Source: Mobula hypostoma
Lineage: Eukaryota
DNA length: 64,000 nucleotides
NCBI RefSeq assembly: GCF_963921235.1
Contig: NC_086097.1
Span: forward strand, 31,496,001-31,560,000
Direction of reading: 5' to 3'
The notes under the pieces are model-generated. The model had not been told where the DNA came from. It saw only the letters and a program-made list of their open reading frames with translations, and ran no database searches. Positions 12,260 to 25,665 of the stretch are shown here, in pieces. Position 1 is the stretch's first letter, and the number at the start of each line of letters is the position of its first letter. A program made the position numbers and the translations under genes.

Positions 12260-12964
12260 AAAATGGAATAAGAAATGAAATAGGATTTAAACATTCTACC
12301 GAGGCTCTGAAAAAACAGTACAATGATTTACAGTTCATTTTATGTATTGCTTTTGTAAGGCTTTAAGGAGGCCCAAGATAAAAAGTAATAACCAATAAGC
12401 AAAACATTCTCTGTAGCCAGACGACAGAGGTGTACTGGCACCCCCAGCGTCAGTAATGACGCTGGACAACTGCCCGGAGGTAAAGACTTCAGAGAACTGA
12501 ACCCGGGGGGGGGGGGGAGAAAGGGAGAAAGTCTCCTGACCAAAGGACTTCAGGAGCACCTAGATGATAAACCCACCATTCTTCTGTTTCGTCTGGCAGG
12601 ACTACCCCCCCCCCCCCCAACCACTACACCTCCCCACCCACCCATGCCGGCCAAGGAGCTGCCCTGAGGATGCTTCAAGTCCATCTGACTCTGCTACACC
12701 TAGATCTGTCAGAACACCTTGCAGTCTTACACTCGCTCAGTCCTCCCTCCATCATTTGTCTTTGGCCCAGTGCAGACAACCCAACCTCTTCCTTCTCTTC
12801 CCACACTCCACCTTTTTTTTTTAAATAATCACTCCCACTACTTGGCCATTACTGGCAAAGCCAATAGTTATGTTGAAGGGCATGTTTGCTTGGCCTCGGG
12901 GTCAGGTAAACTGACTCAGCGTGCTGGACTCTGAGCTCCAGAGTTTACCCAATCCCTTTTGGCA

Positions 12965-13185
12965 GGGTGAGAGAGAGGAGGGAGGGGAGGGAGGAGGGAA
13001 TGGCGGGGAGCAGGGAAGGGAGGGAGGAGGGAGGGGACGGCGGGGAGCAGCGAGGGGACGGCGGGGAGCAGCGAGGGGACGGCGGGGAGCAGCGAGGGGA
13101 GGGAGGAGGGAGGGGACGGCGGGGAGCAGGGAGGGGAGGGAGGGGTCGGCAGGGAGCAGGGAGGGGAAAGAGGACAGGCAGGGGG
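12965..13185. repeat. G/purine-rich minisatellite (21-bp unit GGGGACGGCGGGGAGCAGCGA) in the ZBTB1 3' UTR
   Basis: Three perfect units at ~13034-13096 plus degenerate flanking units. Confidence 0.9.
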
Positions 13186-13305
13186 AGAAATCCCTTGACA
13201 CATATCAGAGGCCAGACCCAATCAGGACAAGCAAGGTTGCCCCTGGGGGGTGGGACTATGGGGTTGCCAGAGGCAGGCATCTCCTTCCTACCTCTGCCCC
13301 CCGTG

Positions 13306-15204
13306 TCATGCCCTCTTGGTGTGGCTGGTGAGCTGGTGGGTGCTCAGGTCCTTCTTGAGCTTGAAGCGGTCACCACACTGCGGGCAGGTATGCATGTGCA
13401 GTTGCATGTGGCGCTCCAGCATGCGGCCATCGGCCTGCACCTGGAAGCAGACTTCGCAGAGGGCCTGCCCAGCGACCAGGTGCGAGGCCAGGTGCCGCAG
13501 GTGCTCCTGCTTGCGGTAACTGCCCTGGCCGCAGCACGGGCACACGTAGCGGGCCTCGCCCCTGTGCATGTCCAGGTGCAGCCGCAGCAGCCGCTCGCGC
13601 AGGAAGCTCTTGCCGCAGAGCGGGCAGGTAAACTCGCGCTCCCGGGTGTGCGTGGCCTGGTGTTCTCGCAGGTGGCAGCGCTGGTAGAAGCCCCGGCCGC
13701 ACAGCTGGCAGACATGCCGGCGGCGGGGCGACGACCCCCCCTCTGGCCCGGGCGGGCTCGGCCCGCATCGCGCCATGTGCTCGGCCCACGGCCGCTCCTC
13801 CTCGAAGGCTAGCGGACAGTGAGGGCAGCGGTAGGTGGCATCAGGGGTCACCCCCACCGTCTCCTCGGCCACCTGATGCTCCTGCATGTGTTCCTCCAGC
13901 TGCCACGAGGCGGGGAAGGCCTGCCCGCACACTGGGCAGGCGCAGGCCTCCTCCGGCGGCTGTTCCAGGCCCAGGCCCTGCTCGCCGGTACCCAGGCATC
14001 GCTCGGCGTGCTCCTGCAGGCGGCCGCCTTTCACCAGGACGCGGCCGCACTTGCCGCAGGCGCACACGCTCTCCCGGTGGTGGGCCACATAGTGCTCAGC
14101 CCGCTCACTCTCGGGCAGCGCCACGCCGCACAGCTCACAGGCCGGGCCCAGCGGGCTGCCACCTGCCCCCGCTCCCTCGTCCTCCTCCTTTAGGCCTCCG
14201 TCCTCCTCCTCGTCCTCCTCCTCCTCATCCGTCCAGCTTCCCGGGTCCCGCTCTGGAGGGGGCGGCTGGCCGAAGTGGCTGTAAGGTGGTGACAAGTCTT
14301 CCTCCAAGCCGGGAGTCAGCTCGCCCTCAGCCGCCACTTGCACAACCGTCAGATCACCAAGGTTGGTGGCCGCTGTGTCCTCGGGCTCTGTTTTGACCTC
14401 AGGCCGTGTGCAGTCTGCCTCTCCCTCGCCTCCTCCTTCCCCGGCTGTTGCCATGGTGTCCAGGGTGAGCGTCCCCCTGCCGCGGGCCGGCGGCGGATCC
14501 CCGGGCTGGGGCAGGGCCCGGCGGCTGTCACAGGTCAGCGAGTGCTCGTCCAGCAGCCGCTCGCAGCTGAAGACAAAACCACAGCGGTCGCAGGTGTAGC
14601 GGCGGCCAAACCGCCGGTGCAGCCGGCCCCCTTTCAGCCCATTGCCCCGGCTCGGCTTGCGGCTGGGCCTGTCGGGGCTGGCGTCGGCCACCGCCGCTGC
14701 CTCTCTCATCCCGTTCAGCTCCGAATCACCAGCCTGATCTTTGGGCCCGGCCCTGGGCACCTTGCCATCACCCGGCAGCAGGCCGTGCATTCGGACGCCG
14801 AACAGCATGGAGCCTCTAGGCGGGCCGAAGGGCGGGGAGGGGGCACTGTCCTCCCGCACCTCCTCCAGACTCCGGGGGACGTAGTAGAGCTGCAGGAAGG
14901 TCATGGCCGAGCGAAGCTCTTCGAAGTCAGAGGGGACGCCGACCAGCCGGCCCAGGTACATGAGTTGCAGAATGAGGTCGAAGCACTCGGCGGTGACGGG
15001 AGCCTGACTCAGGCTGAGGTCGCCCGTCAGCTGCTGCTGACCGATGAACAGCATGCGGAAGTAGGAGCTGCAGGCCGTCAGCACGGCGCGGTGGGCGCGG
15101 AAGTAGATGTCGCCGATGATGATGCAGCAGTCGCAGAGGAAGCCCCACTCCCGCTGGTTGTTCAGCTGCTGAAGGACGTATTCGCTGTGGCTGGGCCGCG
15201 CCAT
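13306..15204 (-). CDS. ZBTB1: Zinc finger and BTB domain-containing protein 1 (632 aa, single coding exon)
   Basis: BTB start MARPSHSEYVLQQLNNQREWGFLCDCC, UBZ-like CPHC..EHMARC, and C-terminal fingers CGRGFYQRCHLREH and CGKSFLRERLLRLH all match ZBTB1. Acceptor ctttgcag| at 15253; the exon starts at 15252. Confidence 0.95.
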   Translation of the reverse strand: MARPSHSEYVLQQLNNQREWGFLCDCCIIIGDIYFRAHRAVLTACSSYFRMLFIGQQQLTGDLSLSQAPVTAECFDLILQLMYLGRLVGVPSDFEELRSAMTFLQLYYVPRSLEEVREDSAPSPPFGPPRGSMLFGVRMHGLLPGDGKVPRAGPKDQAGDSELNGMREAAAVADASPDRPSRKPSRGNGLKGGRLHRRFGRRYTCDRCGFVFSCERLLDEHSLTCDSRRALPQPGDPPPARGRGTLTLDTMATAGEGGGEGEADCTRPEVKTEPEDTAATNLGDLTVVQVAAEGELTPGLEEDLSPPYSHFGQPPPPERDPGSWTDEEEEDEEEDGGLKEEDEGAGAGGSPLGPACELCGVALPESERAEHYVAHHRESVCACGKCGRVLVKGGRLQEHAERCLGTGEQGLGLEQPPEEACACPVCGQAFPASWQLEEHMQEHQVAEETVGVTPDATYRCPHCPLAFEEERPWAEHMARCGPSPPGPEGGSSPRRRHVCQLCGRGFYQRCHLREHQATHTREREFTCPLCGKSFLRERLLRLHLDMHRGEARYVCPCCGQGSYRKQEHLRHLASHLVAGQALCEVCFQVQADGRMLERHMQLHMHTCPQCGDRFKLKKDLSTHQLTSHTKRA

Positions 15205-15409
15205 CCTCGGGACGTGTCCCCCCCACGACCCGCCTCCTCCCGCCAGGGCTTCCTGCAAAGAGCAAAAGCTCAGCGTCAGCTCGAGAGGTATTTTATTTCA
15301 ACATCAGACTTCTTTGACACAGCTACATTGAAACGTACAGTGAAATACGTCATTGTGCACCCACAACTAACACAGCGGTCCGAGGATGTGCTGCAGCCAG
15401 CCCGCTGTT

Positions 15410-15715
15410 AGGGATGGCACAGTAGCACAAGGGTTAGCATAACACTTCACAACCCCAGACCGTGATCGGGCCTCAATTCCCACCGCTGTCTTTAAGGAGT
15501 TTGTATGTTCTCCTGTGACGACTGTGGGCTTCCTCAGATTACCCTGGTGTGCTCCCACATTCCAACGCACGCGAGTCAGGGTCGGTAAGCTGCGAGCGCG
15601 CTACGTTGGCGCTGAAAGCAGGGCAACACTTGCGGGCAGCCCCCGGCACATCATCAGCACAAACCATCTATTCCACTGTTTGTTTCAATGTACTGTACAC
15701 GTGACAAGTAAATCT
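15410..15715 (+). mobile_element. tRNA-derived V-domain SINE (HE1-like); one of many copies
   Basis: tRNA-like head (ggcacagtagc..ggttagc..caattccc) followed by gagtttgtatgttctcc..gtgggcttcctc..ctcccacattcca. Other copies at ~11980-12120, 16190-16320, 36390-36550, 40080-40260, 42690-42830 and 61850-61990. Confidence 0.7.
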
Positions 15716-17759
15716 AGTCTCATTTTTAATCAGCCCATGCATGTCATCATGCTTCCAGCACCAACACAGCTTGCCCACAATTCACAAACCTCCACTCGTA
15801 CGTCTGTGGAATGGGAGAGGAAAGCGGAGCACCCTGGCGATTCGGGGAGAATATACAAAGAGATGGCAGCCGGGATGAAGCCCAGTCACTGGTGCTGCAA
15901 ACTGTTATGCTAGCCACCATTGTGCTGCCTTATTTTTATTTCTACATGAGTTTATTTGTCGCTTTGCATCGAAACCGATTGAAATGTGTCATTTAGCATC
16001 AATAACCAAGGATTTGCTGGGGGAAGCCCTTCAGTGTCACCAGACATTCTATCACCGACACAACGTGCCAGCCACGCTTAGCAATAAAGACAACAGCAGC
16101 AAAAACAAGCTCCTTGCCCACCCGTCCACCCTCTCACACACCAGACACAAGCTGCTTCCAACACCAACACAGAACTTCCACAAATCATTTGCCCGAACCC
16201 TTACATCCTTGGAATGTGGGAGGAAACGGGAGCACACGGAGGAGGCACACAGGGGCACAGGGAGAATGTGCAAACTCCTTACAGACAGCTGCAGGAATTG
16301 AACCCCGATCGCGGATCGCTACACTACCACTTCATTTTGTGTTTGGTGGTCAGATGCACAGGGGCAGTGCATGACTCACTGGCAGAGATCAGGCGACCTG
16401 TACTGGGCCCAGCACACAGATACAAATTGCAAGGAAGGCGCGTCAGCGTCTTTTGTTTCTGAGGAGGTTAAAGAGGTTCACTTGTCACCGAACATTCTAA
16501 CAAACTTCTACAGGAGCACTTTTGGAAGTATCCTGACCAGCAGCATCATGGTCTGGTACAGCAAGTCAAAAGTTCAGGAACACAAGAAGCTGCAGAGAGT
16601 AGCTGTCCAATACATTACGCACTCATCCCTCCCCACCATCGGAAGTACCTACAGAGGCCGCTGGCTCAAGGAGGCAACATCCGGGCAATGCCATCTTCTT
16701 GCAGCTACCGTTGGGCAGATGGCACAGAAGCCTGAAGTCCTACACCGCCAGGTTTACGACCTTTTCGATCTTGAAACCAGTCAGGATACATTCAACAGTA
16801 CACTTGTGGAGAGTCTGGTGATAAGCCAACCCTCCCCTTCCTTCTAAGAAAGTAAAGAAGCTGGTGTGCCTTCCTTTTATGTGCTGGGCCCAGGACTGGT
16901 TGTCCGATACGTTACCAAGGAATTTAAAGCTGCATGTAAATCTCCTTTGCACACACTTTGACATTATCAAGCTGCAGGGGGTGCAGAAGCCATTTATGAG
17001 GATACTAACTGGACCAGAGGGGCTTGAGCAATAAGGAGGGGCTGGCCACACTGGATCTTTATTCCCTGGAGTGCAGGGGAATGAGGGGTGACCTCACGGA
17101 AGTTTATAAAATTGTGAGGAGTGTGGATAAGGTGGATGGTCATAGTGTTTTCTTCAGGATTGGGGAGTCCAAAACTGGAGGGCACAGATACAAGGTAAGA
17201 AGGAAAAGATTTAAACAAGACCCAAGAGGTAACTCCTTTACTCAGAGGACCTCAAATGAGCTGCCGGAAGAAGTGGATGCTGTGGTCAGCATGGCACTGT
17301 CAGGCTGAAGGGCCTGTTTCTTGCTGTATGACTATAGAACTATTAAGACGTTCCAGTTTAATGACATTTTTTCCTATTAACAAGGTGACCAAGACTGTAC
17401 ACAGTAAACCAAGTACAGTCACTTACACTTGAAAAGCAGCACCAAGGACGCGGACCCCCAGACAGGGAGGGCACTTGGACAGCTCCTGTAACGTGGGACG
17501 ACAGGATGGGTGTGGGCTTAACATTGGGAAATGGAGGTCAGTGTAGATACAGCTCCAGGTCAGTGTGGCCACATAGGGCTGAAGGGCCATTCTCTGTGCT
17601 GTACAGCCCCGTGACTGACATTCGCCATTCATAGTCATAGTAGTCATAGTCATACTTTATTAAACCCGGGGGAAATTGGTTAAGCCAATTCAGCCAAATG
17701 GACTATACACATGGGCAGTGAGAGGAAGAAAGAGTCCTACAATAACTGGGATTACTGAA

Positions 17760-18460
17760 AATTCAAAACTCAGAGGTGCAAGGGGAAAACAGGAGTCCTC
17801 GTGCAAGATTCCCTCAAAGTTAACTTGCAGGTTGTGCTGGTGGTAAGGAAGGCAAATGCAATGTTAGCATTCATTTTGAGAGGACTAGAATATACAGTAC
17901 AATCAAGGCTGTAATGCTAAGGGTATATAAGACATCGCTCAGACCACATTTGGAGTATTGAGAGAGAAGTTTCGGACCCCATATCTCCACGGAGGAGGTT
18001 CACAGGAATGATCCCGGGAATAAGGGAGTTAATGTATGAAGAGCATTTGATGGCTCTGGGCTTGTACTCACAGGAATTAGGAAGAATGAGGAGAGATCTC
18101 ATTGAAACCTACCGTATATTGAAAGGCCTGCATAGAATGAACGAGGAGAGGATGTTCCCAGTAGTGGGAGAATCCAGAAGGAGAGGGCACAGCTTCCAAA
18201 TGGAAAGATGCCCCTGTAGAACAAAGATGAGGAGAAGTTTCTTTAGCCAGAGGTTTGCGAATCTGTGGAATTCATTGCCACAGATGGCTGTGAAGGCCAA
18301 ATCACTGAGTATATTTAAAGCAGAGGTTGACAGCAAGGGTGTCAAAGTTTGAGAAGAATGGCTTTGACAGAGAGAAAATACATCAACCACGACAGAATGG
18401 TGGAACAGACTTAATGGGCCGAATGGCCCAACATTACTCCAATCTTTTGTGGTCTTATGG
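17760..18460 (+). mobile_element. CR1-like LINE 3' fragment
   Basis: ORF 18008..18352: LGLYS..RRDLIETYRILKG..FFSQRFANLWNSLP. Confidence 0.85.
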
Positions 18461-18467
18461 TGAAATA

Positions 18468-19255
18468 TAGTGGATTCCAGTTATTTGGGACACATCGGCA
18501 CCAGTATGTTTTGGCCCAATTAAGCGGATGCCCCAATTAGCCGAAGTTTCATGGAAATCGTTAAAAAGGCAAAAAAAAAAGACAAACTTCCATTTAACAA
18601 GAACAAATCATGTATTTAAATGAAATACAGAACAAGTTAGAACGCTATCAATACTAAAGTATTATAAAACTGTACTACTTTCTAATAGTTATTGACAGAG
18701 GAATTCATCCAGTGTCTGTATACTGCCATGTTCCTTTGATGAACAAAATCAGTACAGACAACTAGTGTAGATAATGGACTGCTGCTTCATACAATGCCAA
18801 TGACTTCATTTTCACTGTAACATTCAAGATGACTGTCAATACCTACAAACTCTTCACAGTTTCTAACTTGAAGTACTGAAATTATTTCATTTTCACCTGA
18901 TGACTGTTTCTGGCATCTCCAAGCTGAATGCTTGAAACCGCAGTGAGCAGAACAATTCTAAATTGTCTCACTGCTTTATTTCTTGCCATCGATCAGCAAC
19001 AAGAGTCGCTGCTTTTTTAAAAAAAAACACAAGCGCATGCAACTGACACTATTTAAACTGTCTGCTCTAAGCATGGCGCAGTGTCTAACAGCCACACAAG
19101 TGCATACACCTGTTCGGGAACAGTCTCCTGTCCCAATTAAGTGGCAAAGTGTCCCAAATAAAGGAAGGGAATCCCAGCTATTCTCTTGATTAGGTTTTGC
19201 TCTTTAAGCTTTGTCCCAAACATTAAATGATTGCCAAGTTGACGGGAATCCACTG
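18468..19255. mobile_element. Tc1/mariner-pogo-like non-autonomous element
   Basis: Imperfect TIRs tagtggattcc.. and ..ggaatccactg, with subterminal gtcccaa(t)ta/ttgggac repeats. AT-rich and non-coding. Confidence 0.55.
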
Positions 19256-22200
19256 CACACACCAATGGAACTAGCTCAGATTGGTCAACATGGACAAGCT
19301 GGGCTGAATGGTTTTTCTGCTTTACAATTCAATAAAGCAGCAACTGGAGAATTTAAATCCAATTAGTTAAGTACAGCTGGAATAAATACTCTTTAAGTAA
19401 TGGTAAATTCACCAACTTGTCCTGGTCTACCAACGTGGACACTACAGCCAAGGAAGCTCACCAGCATCTCTACTTCCTCAGGGGATTAAAGAAATATGGC
19501 GTGTCCCCTTTGACACTGATGAATTTTTACAGATGTACATTAGAAAGCATAGAAATCCAAGAAACAATAGAATCAATGAAAGACCACACCCAACAGGACA
19601 ACAAACAACCATGGGCCAAAAAAAAAAGAACAGACTGTGCAAATGCCAAATAAAAGTAATAAATAAATCAGCAATAGAGATCGAGAACACGAGATGAAAA
19701 GTCCTTGAAAGTGAGCCCATGGGTTGTGGGAACAGTTCAGTGATAGGTGCAAGAGAAGTTAAGTGAAGTTATCCCTTTGGTTCAAGAGCCTATTGGCTGA
19801 GGGGTAATAACTGTCCCTGAACCTGGTAGTATGGGTCCCGAGGCTCCTGTACCTTCTTCCTGATGGAAGCAGCGAGACAGCATGGCCTCAATTGTGAGAG
19901 TCTTTGACAATGGATGCTGCTTTCCTCCAACAGCTCTCCATGCAGATCTACTCATGGTGGAGAGGCCTTTACCCATGATGATCTGGGCTGTTTCCACTAT
20001 CTTCTGTAGGATTTTCTGTTCAAGGGCATTGGTGTATCAGTGATGCAGCCAGTCAACATATGCTCCACCACACATCTATAGAAGTTTGTCAAAGTTTTAT
20101 ATGTCATGCCAAATCTTCGTAAACTTCTAAGTAGAGGTGCTGTTTTGCTTTTTTTGCTGGGCCCAGAACATACCTTCTGAAATAATAATACCGAGGAATT
20201 TAAAGTTGTTGATCCTTTACACCCCTAATGAGGACTGGCTCACAGGCCTCTGGCTTCCTCCTCCTGAAGTCAGTAATCACTCCTTGGACTTGCCAACATT
20301 GAGTGAGAGGTTGTTGTTGTGGCATCACTCAGCCAGATTTTCAGTCTCCCTCCTTTAAGCTGATTCACCACATTTGACTCGGCCTACGACAGTGGTGTCA
20401 TCAGCAAATTTAAATATGGCATTGGAGCTGTGCTTAGCCTCAGTCATAAGTGTAAAGCGAGTAGAGCAGGGGGCCAAGCTAAGCTCACAGCCTTGTGGTG
20501 CATCTATGCTGATGGAGATTGTGGAGGAGATGTTTTTGCCAATACGAACTGACTGGGGTCTCCAAATGAGGAAATCAAGGATCCAATTGCACAAGGAGTA
20601 CTGAGGCCAGGGCCTTGAGGCTTATTGATGAGCTTTGAGGGGAAAACAGCATTGAATACCAAGCTGTAGTCGATAAAGAGCATCATAACGGTCAAAGTGA
20701 GCAAAGGCAACATTGAGCTCATTTGGAAGCGAATCTCTCTTTTCCCACCAGCAGGTCAGCAGGTGCAGGGGTACTCCACACTCTGCAGGCTCCCCTGCCA
20801 GTCATCCACCATCCTGACTAGGAAATCTATCAAGGTTCCTTCACCATCTCCAGATTTAAATCCTGAAACTCCCTCTCCAAAAGCACAATGACAGTCCTTC
20901 ACCACTAAAAAAAGCACCAGGGAAAACAGCTGCAGAGTGAATGCCCTGACATGTAAGTTACTAGAGATAACATCTGCAAGAAAAGGCCCAAAATATTGAT
21001 GGAATCATGAAGAAGGCACACCAGCAACTCTATTTCATTTGGAGTTTGAGGGGATTAGGCATGTCACCAAGACTGTTGCAAATGTCTATAGGTGTACCGT
21101 GGAGAGGATTCTGACTGGGTGCATCACTGTGACCTTCGCACAGGATCAGAAGGAGGTTGCAGAGGTTGTAAACTCAGCCAGCAACATCATGAGCATTAGC
21201 CTTCCCACCATCAAGGATATCAAAAGGCAGCGCCTCAAGAAAGTGACATCCATCAATAAAGTCCCTCACCATCCAGGGTATGCTTTGTTCTCATTGCTAC
21301 CATCAGGGAGGAGGTACAGGAGCCTGAAGACACACATTCAACGCTTTAGGAACAGTTTCTTACCCTCCGCAATCAGATCTTCGAATAGACCATAAAACCT
21401 TGAACACTACCTCATTACTCTGCTCTCTTTTCAGTGAGGACACCATGAGACACAGGAGCAGAATTAGGCCATTCGGCCCGTCGTCTCTGCTCCACCATGG
21501 CAGATTTATTACCCCTCTCAACCCCATTCTCCTGCCTTCCTCTCTGTAACCTTTGACCTCCAAACTAATCAACAACCTATTAACCTTCACTTTAAATACA
21601 CCTAATGACTTGGCCTCCACAGCTATCTGTGGCAATGAATTCCACAGATTCACCACCCTCTGGCTAAAGAAATTCCTCCTCATCTCTGTTGTAAAAGCAG
21701 CATCCTTCTATTCTGATCCTAGACTCTCCAACTACAAGGAAATATCCCCTCCAGCCACACTCAATGTGGGCCTTTCAATACTCCAAAGTTCCAATAAGAT
21801 CACCCCTCATTTGTCTAAACTCCAGAGTGTACAGGCCCAGAGACATCAAATACTCTCCATGTTAACCCTTTTATTTGCAGAACTCACAATACTCCAAGTG
21901 CAGTCTGACCATTGCCTTACATGGCCCCAACATTACATCCTTGTTTTATATTCTAGTCCTCACGAAATGAATGCCAACATTGAAGTTGCCTTCCTCACTG
22001 CCGACTCAACCTGTGCTAACCTTCAGGGAATCCTGCACGAGGGCTCCCAAGTATTCTTTGCACCTCTGATTTCTGAATTTGTTCTCCATTTAGAAAATAG
22101 ACTATGCTTTAATTCAATCTACCAAAATGCATGACCATACGCTTCCCTATACTGTATTCCATCTACCACTTCTTTGCTCATTCTCCCAATCGGTCCAAGT

Positions 22201-22429
22201 TCTTCTGCATACTCCCTGCTTCCTCAATACTATCTGCCCCTCTCTTTATCTTTGTATTGTCTGAAAACTCGGCCACAAAGCCATCAATTCCATCATCGAT
22301 ACATGTATAATGTGAAACGAAGCAGTCCCAACGCCGACCCCTGCAGAACATCACAAGTCACTGGCATCCAGACAGGAAAGCCCCCCCTTTATTCCCACTT
22401 TTTGCCTCCTGCCAATCAGCCCATCTTAG

Positions 22430-24090
22430 ACCACAAGACATAGGAGCAGAAATTAGGCCATTTAGCCCATCAGGTCTGCTCCATCATTCACTCATGGCTG
22501 ATCCTTTTTTTCTCTCCTCCTCAACCCCATTTCCCGGCCTTCTCCCCGTAACCTTTGATGCCATGTCCAATCAAAAACCTATTAATCTCTGCCTTAAATA
22601 CACCCAATGATCTGGCCTCCACAGCTACGTGGCAACAAATTCCAAAATTCACCACCCTCTGGCTAAAGAAATTTCCCTGCATCTCTGTTTTGAACAGATG
22701 CCCCTCTATCCTGAGGCTGTGCCCTCTTGTCCTAGACTCTCCCACTATGGGAAACATCCTTTCCACATCTACTCTGTCTAGGCCTTTCAACATTCTAAAG
22801 GTTTCAATGAGATCCACCCCGCCCCCATACTTCTAAATTCCAGTGAGTACAGATCCAGAGCCATCAAATATTCCTCGTATGATAACCCTTTCATTCCTGG
22901 AATCATCCTTGTGAACTTCCTCTGGACCCTCTTTGATGCTAGCACATCTTTTCTAAGATGAAGCACCCAAAACTGTTCACAATACTCAAGGTGAGGCCTC
23001 ACCAGTGCCTTATAAAGCCTCAGCGTCACATCCCTGCCCTAGTATTCTAGACCTCTTGAAATGAATGTTAACATTGCATTTGCCTTCCTCACCACTGACT
23101 CAACCTGCAAGTTAACCTTTAGGGTGCTCTGCACAAGGACTCCCAAATCCATTTGCATCTCAGATTTTTGGATTTTCTCCCTGTTTATTTCTACTACCAA
23201 AGTGCATGACCATGCATTTTCCAACATTATATTTCATTTGCCACCTTCTTGCCCATTCTCCTAATCTGTCCAAGTTCTTCTTCATCCTACTCGTTTCCTC
23301 AACACTAACTGCCCCTCCACCAATCTTTGTATCATCTACAAACTTGGCAACAAAGCCATCTATTTCATCATCTAATTCATTGGTATACAGCATAAAAAGA
23401 AGTGGTCCCAACACCAACCCCAGCGGAACACTAGTCACTGACAGCCAACCAGAAAAGGATACTTTTATTCCCACTCGCTGCCTCCTACCAATCAGAATCA
23501 GCCAATGCTCTAACCATGTTAGTAACATTCCTGTAATACTACAGGCTCTTAACTTGGTAAGTAGCCTCATGTGTAGCACCTTCTCAAAGGCCTTTTGAAA
23601 ATCCAAATATACAACATCCACTGCATCCCCTTTTATATATCCTTTTGTAATTTCCTCAAAGAATTGCAACAGGTTTGTCAGGCAATATTTTCCCCAAAGG
23701 AAACCATGCTGACTTTGTCCTATCTTAGTCTGTGTCACCAAGTATTCCAGCACATAATACTTAACAATTGACTCTAACATCTTCCCAAACACTGAGGTCA
23801 GGCTGACTAGTCAATAATTTCCTTTCTGCTGCCTTCCTCCTTTCTTAAAAAGTGGAGTGACATTTGCAATTTTCCAGTCCTCTGGCACCATGCCAGAGGC
23901 CGATGATTTCTGAAAGATCATTGCTAATGCCTCCACAATCTCTAACACTACCTCTTTCAAACCATAGGGTGCAGTTCATCTGGTCCGGGTGACTTACGTA
24001 CCCTTAGGTCTTTCAGCTTTTTCAGCACATTTTCTCTTGTAATAGTAACTGCACCCACTTCTTTTCCTTCATACAACATCTGGCACACTG
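22430..24090 (-). mobile_element. CR1-like LINE, reverse transcriptase and 3' end (frameshifted)
   Basis: ORF 23160..23792: QHGF..LTNLL..VDVVYLDFQKAF..LVLGPLLF..FVDDTKIGG. Downstream frames give LVRPHLEYC and FFSQRVVN. Confidence 0.92.
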
Positions 24091-24301
24091 CTAGTATCTT
24101 TCCTATAATTCAAAGGTCTCTCATCTTGTTCAGCAGCCTGGTGTACAGCACTTCGTCAACGGTCTTCCAAAATTCTAAGTAAACAACATCCACGGACTCT
24201 CCTTTGTCTCTCCTGCCTGTTATTCCCTCAAAGAATTCCAACAGATTTGTTAGGCAATATCTCCTCATAAGGAAACCATGCTGATTTCTACCTATTTTAT
24301 A

Positions 24302-25665
24302 TAGTGTGTGAGGAAGTATTTGACCACCGACCCTTTGTTTTCATAAGTGACTATTACAACCATGGCCTTTTTATCAATTTAACCGAGAATTTTTACTTCT
24401 GAATCATATGTTCCTATGTTCCTTCCCCCACCACCCCCACCCCATCCACAGTAGAGGCCTAAAAACAGGGAAAATTATAAAGCATGAAAAACTAAAAATT
24501 CAAAACCTGAAATATTAGCACTTCAACGGTACTCATCCCCTTCGCTCAGTACCTAGTTGAACCACCTCTTTGAGCTATTACTGCCAGCAGTCTTTTTGGA
24601 CAAGTCTCTATTGGCTTTCCACAACATGATAGAGCAAGATTTGTCCACTCCTCCTCGCAAATATTGCTCAAGCTGTGCCAGGTTAGTTGGGGAGCAATCT
24701 TGAGGTCTTGACAGAGACATTCAATTGAGTTAAGGTCAGGACTCTGACTGGGCATCAATTTTCTTCATTTGAAGCCACTCCATGGTGCTCTGGCAGTGTG
24801 CTTTGAGTCGCTGTTCTGCTGAAAGTTCCAACCAGAAGACCTTCTACATCTTTACAGTATTTTCTAACTGACCCTTTGCAAAGTCTTTATGGGCAAGGAA
24901 ATGCTTTTTTTTTTAAAAAAAAAGTCAGGGCTTCTTCCCCACCACTCTTCCATAAATACCCATTTTTTATGCAAGGCCTGAAGGATTGTCAGGCCAAGAA
25001 CTTCATCTCCAGTTGCAGCCACTGACTTCTGCAGCTCACTTAGAGTAACTGTTGGCATCACAGTAGCCTCTCTTACAAATGACATTTTTCTTTGGTGACC
25101 TAATTTAGAGGGGTGGTCTGACCTAGGCAGTGTGGGTGTGGTGTCATATTTTTCCACTTTTTCCAAGATGGACTGCACTGAGCTCTGTGGTATATTCAGT
25201 GCCTTTGAGAAGGCTTTGTACCCTTCCCCAGATTCGTGCTTCTCTATTATCATTTCCCTGACTTGCCTTGAATGCTCTTTTGTCTTCATTTTGGTTTAGT
25301 TTGTTAAAAATCTACCATACTGTCAGACCTTACAGAGAAAGGGGGTATTTATTCAACGAATTCATCGAAAACAGGTGATCCTCCAATTTTCTACATCGAC
25401 AAATTGGGTGAGTTGATAAGGTAATAAACAATAATGCTCCAGAAAAAAGTTAGCATTGTAATCACAAAGGTGATAAATACTTTTTCAGCCTCACAATTTT
25501 GGTTTTCAATTTTTAAATAAATTGTCGACAGGTTTTGGAATTTTTCTTCTGATTTGACATGATGCACAATGTTTTGTAAATTAGCTCAAAAAAATCACCA
25601 CTTAAATATATTCTACATTTAAAAAATGAGACAGTAAAATATGAAAACACTTTTTCAAGGCACTG
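24302..25665 (-). mobile_element. Tc1-like transposon, internally deleted, nested in a CR1 fragment
   Basis: N-terminal HTH MKTKEHSRQVREMIIEKHESGEGYKAFSKALN (24864..25289) and C-terminal PSQSPDLNSIE (24546..24758). TIR cagtgccttgaaaaagtg at 25665 and a decayed copy at 24302. CR1 sequence continues on both sides. Confidence 0.85.

Noticed and set aside
15205-15258. 18-aa extension of the ZBTB1 ORF
   Set aside because: The start is a TTG overlapping the splice acceptor; homology begins at MARPSHS.
12967-15411. Long plus-strand ORFs 12967..13812 and 14338..15411
   Set aside because: Antisense shadows of the GC-rich ZBTB1 exon and the minisatellite, with no recognisable domains.
15410-15490. 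tRNA gene (also at ~41650-41710 and 61850-61910)
   Set aside because: These are tRNA-like heads of SINEs, degenerate and joined to SINE body sequence.
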